64,000 bases of DNA from assembly GCF_009914755.1 (NCBI RefSeq), contig NC_060930.1; one strand, 5' to 3'. Below are positions 41,187 to 54,099 of this stretch, piece after piece (position 1 is the stretch's first letter; each line of letters opens with the position of its first letter). The DNA comes from the human T2T-CHM13v2.0 reference genome, Homo sapiens. The position numbers and the translations under genes are program-made. Below the pieces are notes generated by a model. That model saw nothing but the letters and a program-made list of their open reading frames with translations. It did not search any database and was not told the DNA's origin.

Positions 41187-42950
41187 TTCAGCTCCACTTT
41201 TGAGCTAGATTTAAATGCCGAGGATTTTATTAGTATAAAAAATAATATTGTCCATATTTTTGTATCATGTTATTCTTGTATCTGTGTTATTGTATTTTAT
41301 TAATTTAGAAATGGTTTATGAGTCATTCAAAAAGTGTTCAGTAGCATATTAAATATTGAGATTATTAAGGCAATTTATACCCAAATAGATTTAGACCTTC
41401 AGTCTGAATTTCTTTTGGTATAATAACTTTTATTGTAAAATACAAAGGTTGATAAATAATTGTGAAGATACATTTTCAAAGGGAAAAAGAATTTGTAGGC
41501 CTGAATTATTATTTTAAATCTATAAATAATATATTTTACAGATAAATAGATATTGCGATTTGTTTTTAAGCTGTCATGAATCAAAGAACAGCCTTTCTCA
41601 GATAAGCAGAAATTGATTAAAATAGACATGATTTCAGATTTTTATTTATATTATTTTTCTGTTCTCATGCCTAATCATGAAGTTCTACAAAGTTCCACAT
41701 TTAAAAAAAAATGTTTGGCTTAAAAAAAATAAGATGTAAAATATTTGTTTTTGAAAACACTGAGGCCATATCAGGAAGGGTAATTGGGAGGAAAAAATTA
41801 GGTCACAATGAGTAACAAAATAGTATTTGTTTCTGTTTTCACTTGCTCTGCAATAGCCATAATCTCCCTCAAATTCCTTTCGATATCTCAGTCACATGTG
41901 TTCATGGCACAGCCTTTTCAGCTTCCATTTGGTGGCTGCCAATCTCTTCCTCTTCTGCTCCATCTAACAAGAGAATATCCTCTACGTTGGCCTCTAAACT
42001 AAGTCCCCAGTTCACACTGCCAAAGTGTGAATTTTCTCCCAGGTCTGGACAAGACTCTGCCTCAATTCCCATCCAGCCTCTATGTCAGTCCACACTCAGT
42101 GGGCGCTGGGGATGGTTATTAAGGGACCTCGGGCTCTTCCCTCGCTTGAGTTAAGAAGCTGCATAGGAGAGAGAGTAGAGCTACCTTAAGATCTCTTTGA
42201 ACCTTTCACTCCTCCAGGAACGATGCGGGCTGGATTGCAAAACTATCAGATTAACAGATAATACAGTTCTCAAATTCATTCCACCTCTCAGCCACTGGCC
42301 CGTTTTTGGGGCCTTAGTTCAAGCTGGGCCCCCATCACACTTGAATTCCAAACATTGTGAACTAGATAGGCCACATGGTTTAGAGACAGAAACCTAGATT
42401 TAAATCCCAGTTAGTAGCGTTAGCTGAGTGGCCTTAGGCAAGTACCTGAACCATTCTGAGGTTCAGGATTCTGACTTTATTTCCTGGCAGAGCTCCTGTG
42501 GTGATTTGGTAAAGTCATGCATGCTCAGGGTATGTATGTATGTACATGAACCAAAGATGCTGGACAAGGGTTTGCAATGGTGACTTTTTTTTAACAGAGG
42601 TTAAAAAGCCAAAAGCATGTGTTGAGCCTCTCCTAGGTGCCTTACACGTATGTTAGGGTCTATGGGGGTTTAAAAAAAAATACTAACACCAGGTCCCTAT
42701 CCCCAAGTGCCAACACTCTACCAAGGACACGCATGTGGCAAGTGCTACATGGTCTCACATACAGAATGCAGACAAAAGCTTTAGAAAGGTCTGATGAAGA
42801 AAAGCCCTCCAGAGGAGTGACAGTTTCTGGAGATGCACGTTAAGTGCTGTCTAGGGCCAGGAACAGCATAGCAGAGGCACCAAACAGGGAGGCCGCGCTG
42901 CCTGCGCAGGAAACGGTAAATGGTTTGGTGGAGCCAGCGTGGGGCAGGGG

Positions 42951-42966
42951 CTGGTAGGGGGCGCTG
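42951..42966 (+). promoter_or_regulatory. CTCF-like motif in a small CpG cluster
   Basis: CTGGTAGGGGGCGCTG, one mismatch to CCRSYAGRKGGCRS. Confidence 0.5.
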
Positions 42967-45806
42967 AGGACGGCAGAACGGAAAGGGCCCTGGGGGAGAG
43001 AGGTCTGACTACAACCCAAAGAACGCACCAAATCTCAGTGAGGAACCGCGGATGGGGAGTGACATCACTCATCCCATCAGCCAGTGGATATTTATTGGTT
43101 GCCTGGAGGAACCAGTACCAAGAATACACCCATAAAGGGGTCAAAGCCCCACCCCTGTGGAGACCCCTGTCTCAGGGGGAAAAAGGGGAAATGGCCACAA
43201 ACCTCCATCCTTGTGATAAGTGTTGAGATCCGGGTAAGCACAGCGCACTAGGGTAACCCAGGGGAGAGGCGCTGGCCCAGCGTGGGGTGAGCAAGGAGGG
43301 GGCTCAAATTCAAGCCTTCAAGTCGGTTCACCCTGTCCAGGCTTCGGGAAGCTAACTGGAGGGAGGGAGCCTGGCAGAAAGGGGAAAGCTGGGAGGAGAA
43401 ACATCACTCAGAGGCCTCTGTGACGGCCCAGGCGAGGGGACCAGGGAGGCCTCATTTAGGACAGTGAAGATGAGAATGGGGCGACAGGGGGAGAGAACGA
43501 ATGAAAGGGCTTCATTGCATCTAAGGCACCATTAGCCATTCTTTAAAAACTTCCTTCAATACAGAATTATTTTTAAAACGTTATGATTCTAATATAATAC
43601 AATTTCTCTTATTTGAAATCTTCACTGGTTTGCCCACAAGCGCCCCGATTTCATCTAAATCCGAGTGTAATGAAAGACAGATGCATTGTTTGGAGTAACA
43701 CAGAAGCTCCAATTCCTCGGCTGCAGGGGTTGGCGCGGGGTTTCTGGGCAGCGTCGCTTGCGCCCGGCACATGTGAAAGGGTTTTGTGCTCGTTTCCTCT
43801 GCATCTGCCGAGGGCAACACTGAATCTGTCTTCTCTCCCTGCTCTCCTCTTTGACTGTTTTGTTTGTTCCATTTGCCCTGCTCAACAACAACAACAAAAT
43901 GTAGATTAGAATCGGCCCTTTATTTCAACAGCAGTGAAAGAATTATTTTGTTAATTGGTATATTGATACCCCAAGAACTGCTTACTGTGCCAAGTTATTA
44001 AGAATAAGTAGACGAGGGGCAGATTAAACTTTGAATCACCTGTTCCTTTGGGCAAAATACATAAACCAAATTGACTGCAACCAAATGTCATATTATTTAC
44101 ATGGCGTGCACAATTTATTTTCTAAAAACGTGCTCAACAAAAGATTTGAATTTGCTCTTAAGCGTCTAATGGATCCCACTTAATAGTGAAGCTCTGTCAT
44201 GTGCCCTTCTGTATAATTAAATCATATGGAAAAATGTCACAAAGCAAAATAAAATGTATTTATTTCAGCCATATCTTCCCAAAGCATGACATGAAGTCTG
44301 AAAAAAGAATCACTAAGCATTTTTATGCCATCTGTGCTGGTAGGGGATATGTTTACCAAGTATGTCACTGTAAAATATTCCATTTTGAATTAAGCACAGT
44401 CTACTTATTACTATATAGTGTCTGGCTGAATGAGTATAAAATTGGACAAAATTCCATATCTGACAAAATACTTTTTATTTGTTATTTTGTTGCAAACCTA
44501 GTCCACCGTAATGTCCTTTACTGAATTCCAAGAAATCCAAAGAAAGAATCATAGATTATATTTGTGTTAAAAATCTGCATGCTTTTCTATCCAAATAAAG
44601 TTCAGATCATCTTTTCCAACAGTTGAAATTATAGCTTCTCATTAGCAGAATATGTCTCACTGTGACAACTTGGATGATGATGCTATTGGGTCTGTTAATC
44701 TCTATTGCAAAAGGAGGGCTAAAATGTCTGCACAATCAAAAAAGCTGTTGTTCCAGTTTGCTGGTAAAACACAAAGTTATATCCATTATGATTTCTACCT
44801 ACCAGACAGAAGAAACCTTAAGCTTATAGTTTGCCATTATTATGATTAAATTTTATGAATACTTATAGAATTTTTATTTCCTATATGCGATAAGCCCTCT
44901 TTGTAGTTTGTTAATGAGATGTAAAAATTCTGTAAATTTTTCGGAGGGCAGTTTGATCGCCTCCAGAAAGCATCAGAGGGTCGCAGCTTAATCACTGATT
45001 CATTAAGTAACCCTGATCTATGCTATATCCTTCAGGGTTCTTTGCCAAGTTGATATATCATGGCATTGTTTTGAGACTCATGTGAATAATAAAATGTAAC
45101 ATAGTTTAGAAATGAAAATACTTTATAACTATGTTGAGCTCCTTCTAGTTGTAAATCTTCCCAAGTCAATAATATTCATATCAAAATTTTCAAATCTAGC
45201 TAAATGAAGGAGATGTGACTTGGTAAAAAGTAATAACATAAAATTGTATCATTTTGATCATGATTAAACAGGAAAGCTATTATTTTTCTAAAATGAAAAA
45301 AATAGAAATTTTAGTTTGTCATAGAATCAAGGGCTAGATTCACTTAATAAATTGTCTTGATTCTGCTCAAAACTCTGAAAAAATTTAAAGCTCTGTAAGG
45401 TTTTTGAAGTCCCACTTCCTTTCAAACCAACCCTGCTATCTCCTTGAAGCCATTTTTGACAATAACTGCCTGTGAATGTGATTTGTAAACTATTAGACAG
45501 CACACAAAAGTGAACTGCTGTCACTAATCATATAACTATCATTCAGATTGTGGCAGCTACTCTTTCCGATAGTTCCCATAGGTTTCCAATTGAACATAGT
45601 ATTTTTTGCTGTGGTGTTTGTTTTATCAATTGATTGTATGTATTTTCATATTATTTTGTACACTGTCTTTGAACTTGACCTTAAATATTTTCTGTCCATG
45701 GCATATCCCTTGATGTGATTACAGGTCAAAGTCCACATCATAGATGCCTAAAGTATCCTGTAGGAAAACAGAATGGGCACTCCAATAAACATTTATTAAA
45801 GCATTT

Positions 45807-46123
45807 GGCCGGGTGTGGTGGCTCATGCCTGTAATCCTAGCACTTTGGGAGGCTGAGGCAGGTGGATCACCTGAGGTCCAAGACCAGCCTGGCCAACATG
45901 GTGACACCCTGTCTCTACCAAAAATACAAAGATTAGCTGGGCATGGTGGCAGGCACCCATAATCCCAGCTACTCAGGAGGCTGAGGCAGGAGCATTGCCT
46001 GTCCCTGGGGCCGGGGTTGCGGGTTGGGGGTGGGGGTGGAGTTTGCAGTGAACCAAGATCACACCACCTCACTCCAGACTGAACAACAGAGCGAGACTCC
46101 GTCTCAAAAAAGAAAAAGAAAAA
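45807..46123 (+). mobile_element. AluS with G-rich insertion in the right arm
   Basis: Full dimer; TSD core ttaaagcatt on both flanks; 7-nt deletion in the left arm. Confidence 0.93.
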
Positions 46124-47399
46124 ATTGTTAAAGCATTGCATGAAATCTGCTTTAACTCCTATTCTAATAAAACAACAACAACAACAACAAGAACTCTGAA
46201 AATGACTTTCACCATAATTAGTTGAAAATGTTACTTTCCTTTGGCCCAACTGTATGTAATTCATTATTATATCTATGTCTGAGACTGAGTGTGGGTTTTC
46301 AATATAATCAAACGAAAGACCACCTTTACCAAAAGAACAAATTTAAAGTTCTTTTATTCCTGTGAACCATATTCTCCAATCATCTACACTGAATATTTTA
46401 AATGGGAATTTTTGAAGTGTTAAATATTTATCACCATGTTTTTCTTTCCTCATTTATATGGAGTACTGGAGCTTGTGGCCATAATATTCTAATGCAAAAT
46501 ATGGATCAACTTTCAGTCTGAAAGTTTGAAAGTTAATACACTGATTTTACCACCTGCAAAAGATATCCATATTTGAATAAAAGCGACCAGAAGTGAAGCT
46601 AATCAATTTAATAACACATGCAGTTATTTCCTCTTTCTTTTAAAACCCAGAAGGAAAGTGGGGTCCACATGGTCCTAATTGTGTTATTAGTTCTTAGTTT
46701 TCCTCTAGGTGCTCTTCTAAGTCTTCTTTTGAGCAAATATCATGAAAAGCTCAAGATGAGAAGCAGTGTTGATTTGAATGAAAGGCTAATCCCAGTTGTC
46801 CTTTTTCTAATTGATAAAAACCATGATGATCAGGATGAGTCTCACTGAAGCGTGTATTATGATAAAGTAAACTACGGTTCATGGAGTCACATTTGATGTT
46901 CAGGGATCTCATCTGAGAAGGAAAGAGAGCACCTTTCCTCAGCCTGGAGAAAATGAGGCGTCGGTGGGAGCAGGCAGAGCTGCATCTGTCAGTGTGAGTG
47001 AGGAAATCCATGTCTGATTTTCCAAAGGAAGTCAAGATTCGGGTCAACTGTGGGGCGAAAGAACAAAGATACCACTGGTGGTTCAGGACGAGAGGTGCGG
47101 GTTGGGAATAGCCATGGAGCTGGACGTGTGGTACTGACCAGGGATGGGGGAATTGTTGTTGCGGGTGTGGAACTGGCCCCACTTCACACGGCTGCGTGCT
47201 GTGCTCCTACGGCAGCCAGGCTGTAGAGCAGGAATTCTCATGTGACCACTGGTTTGGTTATCCCAGATTAGGAATTAGCAGGAGGAGTGTGGCAAAGGCC
47301 ATGTCTAGAATGTGCTAGGAGGAGCTGGCCAGACGGCTCAGGAGAGAGAGGCCGCTGGGCAGGCTGGGCGGGGAGGGGCCATACAGACTTGGGGAGCGC

Positions 47400-47776
47400 C
47401 TTCTTCTGCTCTGGTTGCCCAGCCAGCCACAAACTGGGTGGCTTCCACAACACTCGTGTCCTTTCTCACAGTGCTGGAGGCCGGCAGTCCAGGGTCAGGG
47501 TGTCAGCAAGATCGGTTTCTCATGGGGCCTCTCTCCTTGGCTTGTGGACGGCCACTTTCTCGCTGTGTCCTCACAGGGTCGTCCCTCCGTCTGTGTGTTG
47601 TTGTCTGTGTCCTTATCTCTTTTTATAAGGATTAGAGCCCACCCATGTGACTTCATTTCACCCCAATTACCTCAAAGACACTTCTCCAAATACAGTCACA
47701 TTTTTCGGAGGAGCTGGAAGTCAGGGCTTCAACATAGGAATTTTAGAGGCTGAAAGGTGACAGTTCAGCCCGTAAC
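47400..47776 (-). mobile_element. MaLR LTR MLT1A/B-like
   Basis: 'ccacaaactgggtggctt', 'tctctccttggcttgtggacggcc', 'tctccaaatacagtcaca', 'cagttcagcccgtaac'. Confidence 0.85.
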
Positions 47777-48073
47777 CAGAAAAAGGCAGTTGCCCTGCGG
47801 GGAAGGGAACTGTTGAGGGGTGAGACTGCTGGAGGAAGAGGAGGCTGTGGCTTAGAGCGGGGAACAAGAGGTCCCCCAAGAGAGATGGGACCTGAGTATG
47901 AGTTGAAATGGCCTGTTCCGTGTTGTTCTCACCCTGTAAAATCCCTGAGGGCAGGAATCAGCTTTCTGCATCTCTGGTTGCCTGGCCCACCGTCAGCTCG
48001 GAGCATTAAACTATAGGGACTCACCCCTGCTGAACATCAGATTGAGGGTCATGTGCCCGCAATTCTCTCCAGG

Positions 48074-48090
48074 CACCACTAGAGGGCGAG
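48074..48090 (+). promoter_or_regulatory. CTCF core motif
   Basis: CACCACTAGAGGGCGAG matches the core CC(A/G)(C/G)(C/T)AG(A/G)(G/T)GGC(G/A). Confidence 0.6.
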
Positions 48091-48959
48091 CCTCCATTTT
48101 GAAAACTACCCAGAATCCCCTGCTCCCGCTGGGGTCAGGACCGCCCCTACTCTCTCAAGGACTCACCCTACTCTGTTGTGCCACACAAGCCGCTGCCACA
48201 GGGTTCGCCCTGCTTTTATTCTAAATCTTATGGTAGCTTGGAAAGTAGCCTGGCATCTGATAGAAACAGCCCTCAAGTGGTCCAGCTTCCCCCACCTTGC
48301 ACTGCCGGGCAGTCTCTATTTGCTGTCGATTCCACGCAGTCTATGCATCTGGGTTATTTTCACTTTTCCAAAACCAACTCTCAGCCGATTCACTGATCTT
48401 CTACAGGGTTGCTCCAGTTCCTACTTCTTTTATCGCTTAGACCTTTCTTTTTATTCCCTCCTTCATTCTCCCACTCCTTTTCATCTGTAGTCTCTTCTTA
48501 CCAGTACGAGTCCGTGTTACTTCATTTGTAGCTCCTAATGTCAGCTCATCAAATGAACTATAGTGAAGTAAAAGGATATCGCCTAGTGCTAGGTTATAGC
48601 AAAACTCTCAAACAGTTAGACTTGCTTTTCTGCAAAATGTGAGCATGTAGACTTTTGCATCAACTCATAGTAAACTTTAATTTTGTTTTGATGTCTCAAA
48701 AGATTTAAAATGCAGGTTCGACCATAATTTTTAAAAGCAAAGTAGAACATGCTGGCTATATTATGAATCCATTCAATGACAAGTAGTATTAGTGACTAAA
48801 TGATCATTATAATGTAATGTTAGATGCAGAGAATTTTGAAGACAGATAAAGAAGCTTGCCACCTAGTAGTCAAGATGAGAAAAGAAAAGAAAAAAAAAAT
48901 CACAGATCAAAGGGGGAAGTCCCAAGAGAGCATCCCCACATTGCAATAGCCAAGAAGAG

Positions 48960-49160
48960 CTGGCATTGACTGAGTGCTGACTGGGCACCAGGCTGTGTGT
49001 CCACTAAGCCGTTTATCTGCTTTTGCTCACTTATTGTATATCTTTGCCCCTCCGTGAGGCAGGTATGACTGTTCTGCCCATTTTACAGATGAGGAAGCTG
49101 AAGCTCAGAGCGGTTAAGCAATTTGCCCATGACCACACAACTATCTGATCTAAAGCATAG
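48960..49160 (-). mobile_element. MIR SINE
   Basis: 'cccattttacagatgaggaagctgaagctcagagcggttaagcaatttgccca'. Confidence 0.8.
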
Positions 49161-50419
49161 GCTCCTATCTACTCCCAATGATGTACCAATCCTAGCACGA
49201 TTATAGCTCTTCTCAAGTGCAAAAAGTTCAAAATTAATCTAGAGATAAAATAACTTTTCCCCCCAGTTTCTCATGAGAGTAACTAAGCCCTTCCATCAGC
49301 TGTGGCCAGCTGGGCAGTGATAAGGTAGTAGATGTATACAGAGGACTGAAAAGAGGAGAAGAAACACAGACAGACTGAAAAACAACTGTCTCCTCCCTGG
49401 TGGAGCATGAGCCCATGGGTCGGGACCCTGGACTGCAGCTGGCCCAAGTCGGTAGCACTGCCTGTGGGGACCCCTTCTGAGAGTGTGGAAAAGTCAGCTT
49501 TCCCCTGTGAGAGCAGCTGGGTGGGGAGGGGACATTTTCCATCACAGACTCTACCATGGATTTATTTTTATACCAAAATAAACAAGAAGTCCATCAACCT
49601 GGCACAAAAGTTAATGGACCTGCCCCCAGCTAGGGCCCTGTCTACCTGGGGTCTGGCCCCGTAAGTGTGCAAATTACAGAACAGGCTTCCAAACATAGAA
49701 ATATCTTTCACTGTAATCCCAGGAAGCTCTAAGCTTCTACATTTTATTAAGCTGCAGTTATTATTTTAAAACAAGGCCAAGTGCCTCTTGGTATATACTT
49801 AAAACCTGCAAATTGCTTTTTAATGTCTCAGACTTGTAGCCAGCATTGGAAATTTCCAGTTCCTCTACCTTGATCAGCTCAGACATTTCCACCCCCTCAA
49901 CCTAAATGAGCAGACCTTAACTTCACACCTGATTCTCTAAAGAAAGCTACCAAAAATACAACAAAGATGATGGGATTTTTGTTACTTTAATTATTTTAAT
50001 TGCCAGAAAGTATATTTTGCTTAAGCATTAGGAGAAACAGGAAGTTGCCCCAGAGAAAGCCTCTTTGATTCAGGCCGTGGAATAATTTGTTTTAGTGTAC
50101 ACATGCACACACACACACATGCATGCACGCACACACACATACAACCTGAGGAGGAGTAAACACTTTTGTGGATTTTTCTTTTCTGGGAAGAAGAATGCAG
50201 CGTTCATTGATTAACACAATTTCTTGCTCTCTTGACTTCTGGTGGATCCTGAAACACATGCGAGAACTCACATCTGGGGGCCAGGGAGCTGGGCTCAGGA
50301 CACTGTGTGACACTAAGAACTGTGCGGTCTCCAGAAAGTTCTAAATGTCATTGGCCTCAATTACGAATCTCTAAAACAGAGACTGGTGTGCCAATTAGGT
50401 TTTAAAATATTAAAAAACT

Positions 50420-50880
50420 TGACCTAATCATTTGAATTCTAGGAGTTAAGCCTAAGGAAATATCAAAGATAGAAAGAGGCTTGAATGCCTAGATATTTTC
50501 AATCTGTTTTTAATAATAGTGAAAAATGAAAATAAGTTAAATGTCTACCAATATGAAAATGGCTAAATCATGTTTTGTTCTCATAATGGAATATTATATC
50601 ACCATTTAAATGAGTGGAGAGTATCTAAGAACATGATAAAATCATCATGGTATAAAATTAAGTTAAAAAACAAGGTATAAAACCATATAATACAGTCTTA
50701 GTTGTGTAAAAATATGTGCTTGTGTGAATACACACACGTTAGGAAATACACCTGAGTGGCAATGATGGCTATTTCTGAGGAGGGAGATTACACAGGATCA
50801 TTTTTCTTTATCCCTCTCTGTTTGCCATCTCTTCCATAATAAACTGCATCATCAAAAAACTAAGTTATTTTGAAAATAAA
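50420..50880 (+). mobile_element. Old L1 (L1ME) 3' fragment
   Basis: 'taatagtgaaaaatgaaaataagttaaatgtcta' and 'aatggaatattatatcaccatt'. Confidence 0.6.
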
Positions 50881-51746
50881 AATAATGGATTGGTCTAGAT
50901 TATCTCTAAATTTCTTTACAATATAAACCTCTATTCCACTTATGAACCAATTAAAAACAAATTAGAAAATAACAGGGAGGTTTTGGCATTTCCAAAAACA
51001 GTGGCTCCTTGGGGTAGAGACCTTCCACACCTGATCTCATCCCATCCAGGCCAAAACCGTAGAGGATTTGCAGCCAGGGTTATAAAGATACTGCAACCCA
51101 TTTTAGAAAACGAAGCATGAATGTCCCCCTTAGAGGCATAGGTGGTTTCTCCTCTAGACCATGGCTTGAGGCTTTTGAGCCCTGCAGTAAGGTGGGCTCG
51201 TCCTCACTGATGAGAGAATCACGCTCTCCGCTCTCCCCCGCAAGTGGCATATGGTTTTTGCCTCAGGACCTCCAGAACGTGGGTGTGGCTGAAGTTGCTG
51301 CTTCCTTTTCCATAGGAAATATTTTCAAGGTCGCCCTCTCCACCCTGAAAACTAGAGGGCACCTCAATGGGTGTCTGCAAGTTCCCAGCTCAGGAGCTTT
51401 CACCTCTATTTGACAGGCCCTTCATAAGTTCCTAGTTAAAACCTTGGGGTTAGAGTGTTGGTGCCTTGTCCTCTCCATAGCCAAAGGCATCGCTCTGTGC
51501 TCTGGGCTTCAGATGTTAAGGAGAGGTAAATACTAAAGGACGTCATTGTTCCCTGGAGCACGTATCAGCTGCACAGTTATGACTCAAGGCACAAAATCTG
51601 AAGTAATCAAGTCGTCCTTTGACTACTCTGTGCAAGAAAATGCATGCCTCAGAAATGTGTAGCCACGCACCGCACTTTTTTCAAATAATTCTACTCAGCT
51701 GGAAGTGATTTTTTATGTAGAATATCCTTTCATGATTACTTTAGAG

Positions 51747-51960
51747 CAGGAATACCCAATCTTTTGGCTTCCCTGGGCCACATTAGAAGAAGAATTGTCT
51801 TGGGCCACACATAAAATACATTAATGATAGCTGATGAGCTAAAACAAATTGCAAAAAAAATCTCATAATGTTTTAAGAAAGTTTATGAATTTGTTTTGGG
51901 CCACATTCAAAGCCATCCTGGGCTGTATGCAGCCCATGGGCTGTGGGTTGGACAAGCTTG
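51747..51960 (+). mobile_element. MER30 hAT-Charlie MITE
   Basis: 'caggaatacccaatcttttggcttccctgggccacatt' through 'gggttggacaagcttg'; 8-bp TSD ctttagag/ctttcgag. Confidence 0.92.
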
Positions 51961-52179
51961 CTTTCGAGGATCAGTTTGCTTTTCAGTCTGGGCATAGAAG
52001 AGAGAAGTGGGAACTTCTGAATATGACCCAAAACTTCAGGTTCCCAGTGCCTGGTCATAGAGTCACAGACTCCTTATTCTTTTGAATATCACTTTGTTTT
52101 TACCATAGAGAGACTGTATAGAATCATAGTGCAAGAAAGTGCCTTCAAAAATGAACCAGTCTATCTCATTGCCTTCAAG

Positions 52180-52620
52180 CTAAACCATACCAAAGCCATT
52201 GCTAACTAGTAAGTAAGGGTCTCTATTTTAAGGACCATCGCAGGAGAATCCCAGACTCGTACAGAGTTTGTCAATCATCATTGTTGGGAAACTTTTTCAT
52301 ATATTCAACTTAAACCTCTCAGAAGAGTTTGTCAATTTCTTCTTATTCAATTCTCATTCAAGGTGAAAACAGCTGGGCACCGTCTCCATCATCATCATCA
52401 TTATTGTTACTGTTACCATCACTAATGCCACTGCTACCACCTGAGACACCAAGGACAGTAGGTGCTTTGCCTCCACTGTCTCATTGAGTCCTCACAGCAC
52501 ACGTAAATAAATAGAGGGGTTTTATTTCCACCTTTGATACATGAAGAAACTAAGGCTCAGAAAGACAAAATGTTTGTCCACAGTACAGCTTGTTGTAGCA
52601 GAGTCGAAATATCAACCAGG
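52180..52620 (-). mobile_element. L3/CR1 fragment followed by MIR
   Basis: 'cattgttgggaaactttttcatatattcaacttaaacctctc' (CR1-like); 'tgtctcattgagtcctcacagca' and 'gaagaaactaaggctcaga' (MIR). Confidence 0.5.
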
Positions 52621-53366
52621 TGGACTTTTTGTACAGGGCCATGTTACTGCGTCATCTACTTTGTATGATTACAAACTTTCTTAATCTCCAATAGGTGAAA
52701 TTATTTTAGCCTCTCATCCTGTTTCCTAACCCAGAACTCTATACCTCTCAGAAATGGTTGCTGATATCTGTTTGACCACTAGGAAAAGGGGGAACTGGAC
52801 TAGTATTTTCTACTGCGTTCCGATCTGCCCTCCTAAGATAATTAGGTTTGAGCTGGGGAGGGAAGAACAGCTAACTTTAAAGCTTGGGGAACAATGTCAG
52901 CTCCCAAATATCTTAGGGGTGGAGCCATCTGTTTGGGAGGGACCTGAAGAGACTTCTGTTGAAGCTTTGTTTGTTTGCAGAGGGAGCATAGAGTGTTTAC
53001 TCAAATGATGCATTCATTTGGGGTTGGCTTGCGGGGGAGTGGGACCTGTGAAGGCTGGGGGGAGTGGTTAAAGGACATCACTCCCCCCCAGCCACCTGTG
53101 ACTCTACTGCTCCTGAGGGATTGTGGTAACAGTTCTTTCTGGTGGGATGCCACTGAGGCTTTCTGGTATCCCCGGGGTTGTGTAAAAGCTCTAGGTGCTG
53201 GGAAGTGGTGAGCAGCTGCTGGGGTGCATAAGGGGGAGTGGGGAGGGACGGAATGTCGGGAGCAGGTGAGCTGCAGGTGGAACCAGGGTTTCCTGAGGCC
53301 TGGCCTGTGATACTGTGAAACATCAAGGAGTGTGAGTCCAGGGAGATCTGAGCAGCACCTGTCAAA

Positions 53367-53405
53367 GGAGGAGGAGGAGGAGGAGGAGGAGGAGGAGGAG
53401 GAGGA
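53367..53405. repeat. (GGA)13 trinucleotide repeat
   Basis: Uninterrupted GGA array. Confidence 0.95.
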
Positions 53406-54099
53406 GCTCTGCTTCTCAGGCTCAATTTCCACTGAGGAATCCCAGCATTTTTAACTCATAACCCAAGCTTTTGCCTCTGGGTCATAGTGGATCAAAAGAT
53501 AAATGGGCCTTTTCAATTTTGTATTTCCAATCTCAGATACTCGAATCATTCCCAATCTAAAGCACAGTTTGTGTTTCAGTTCTCTGGTGCATAGCCCAGG
53601 TAATGAGTCTATTCTGTTTATTTATCTAGTTCAGAGATTTGGGCTTCTAGTCAAAGTAACCTTACACAAAGAAACAACAAAACACAAGTAGACCAGTTAA
53701 GAGCAATTGTAAGATGTCAGTTTCTCCGTCTTACCTGCCCCCCACCCCCCAACTTGTGGGGGTTTCTTCTATAGTCTGCATAGAGAATCTCACCTTTTCC
53801 TTTGAACGGCCTCTTTATTTCTTTAGGCAGTCATGACTGTTCTTGGACACAGAAGGTGATCAGAACAAAGATACTAACACTTCACTGGTTCTCTTTTCCT
53901 GCTCACAGTTGCTTCAACAATAAAAATTGTGCAATCTTGATATAAGTCACAAAGTGTAAAACATTCCTATTCTTTCATAAGTGACACTTTTCCCTATTAA
54001 TGGAGAACAAAGGAAGAAACAACCAGACAGAAGGAAAATGCTCACCACACAGGCAGTAAACTAGCCCCGTTATGCCCTTGACTCTTTTGCTTTTGATTA

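Noticed and set aside
53001-53432. Poly-Ser/poly-Pro ORFs
   Set aside because: They are translations of the (GGA)n microsatellite.
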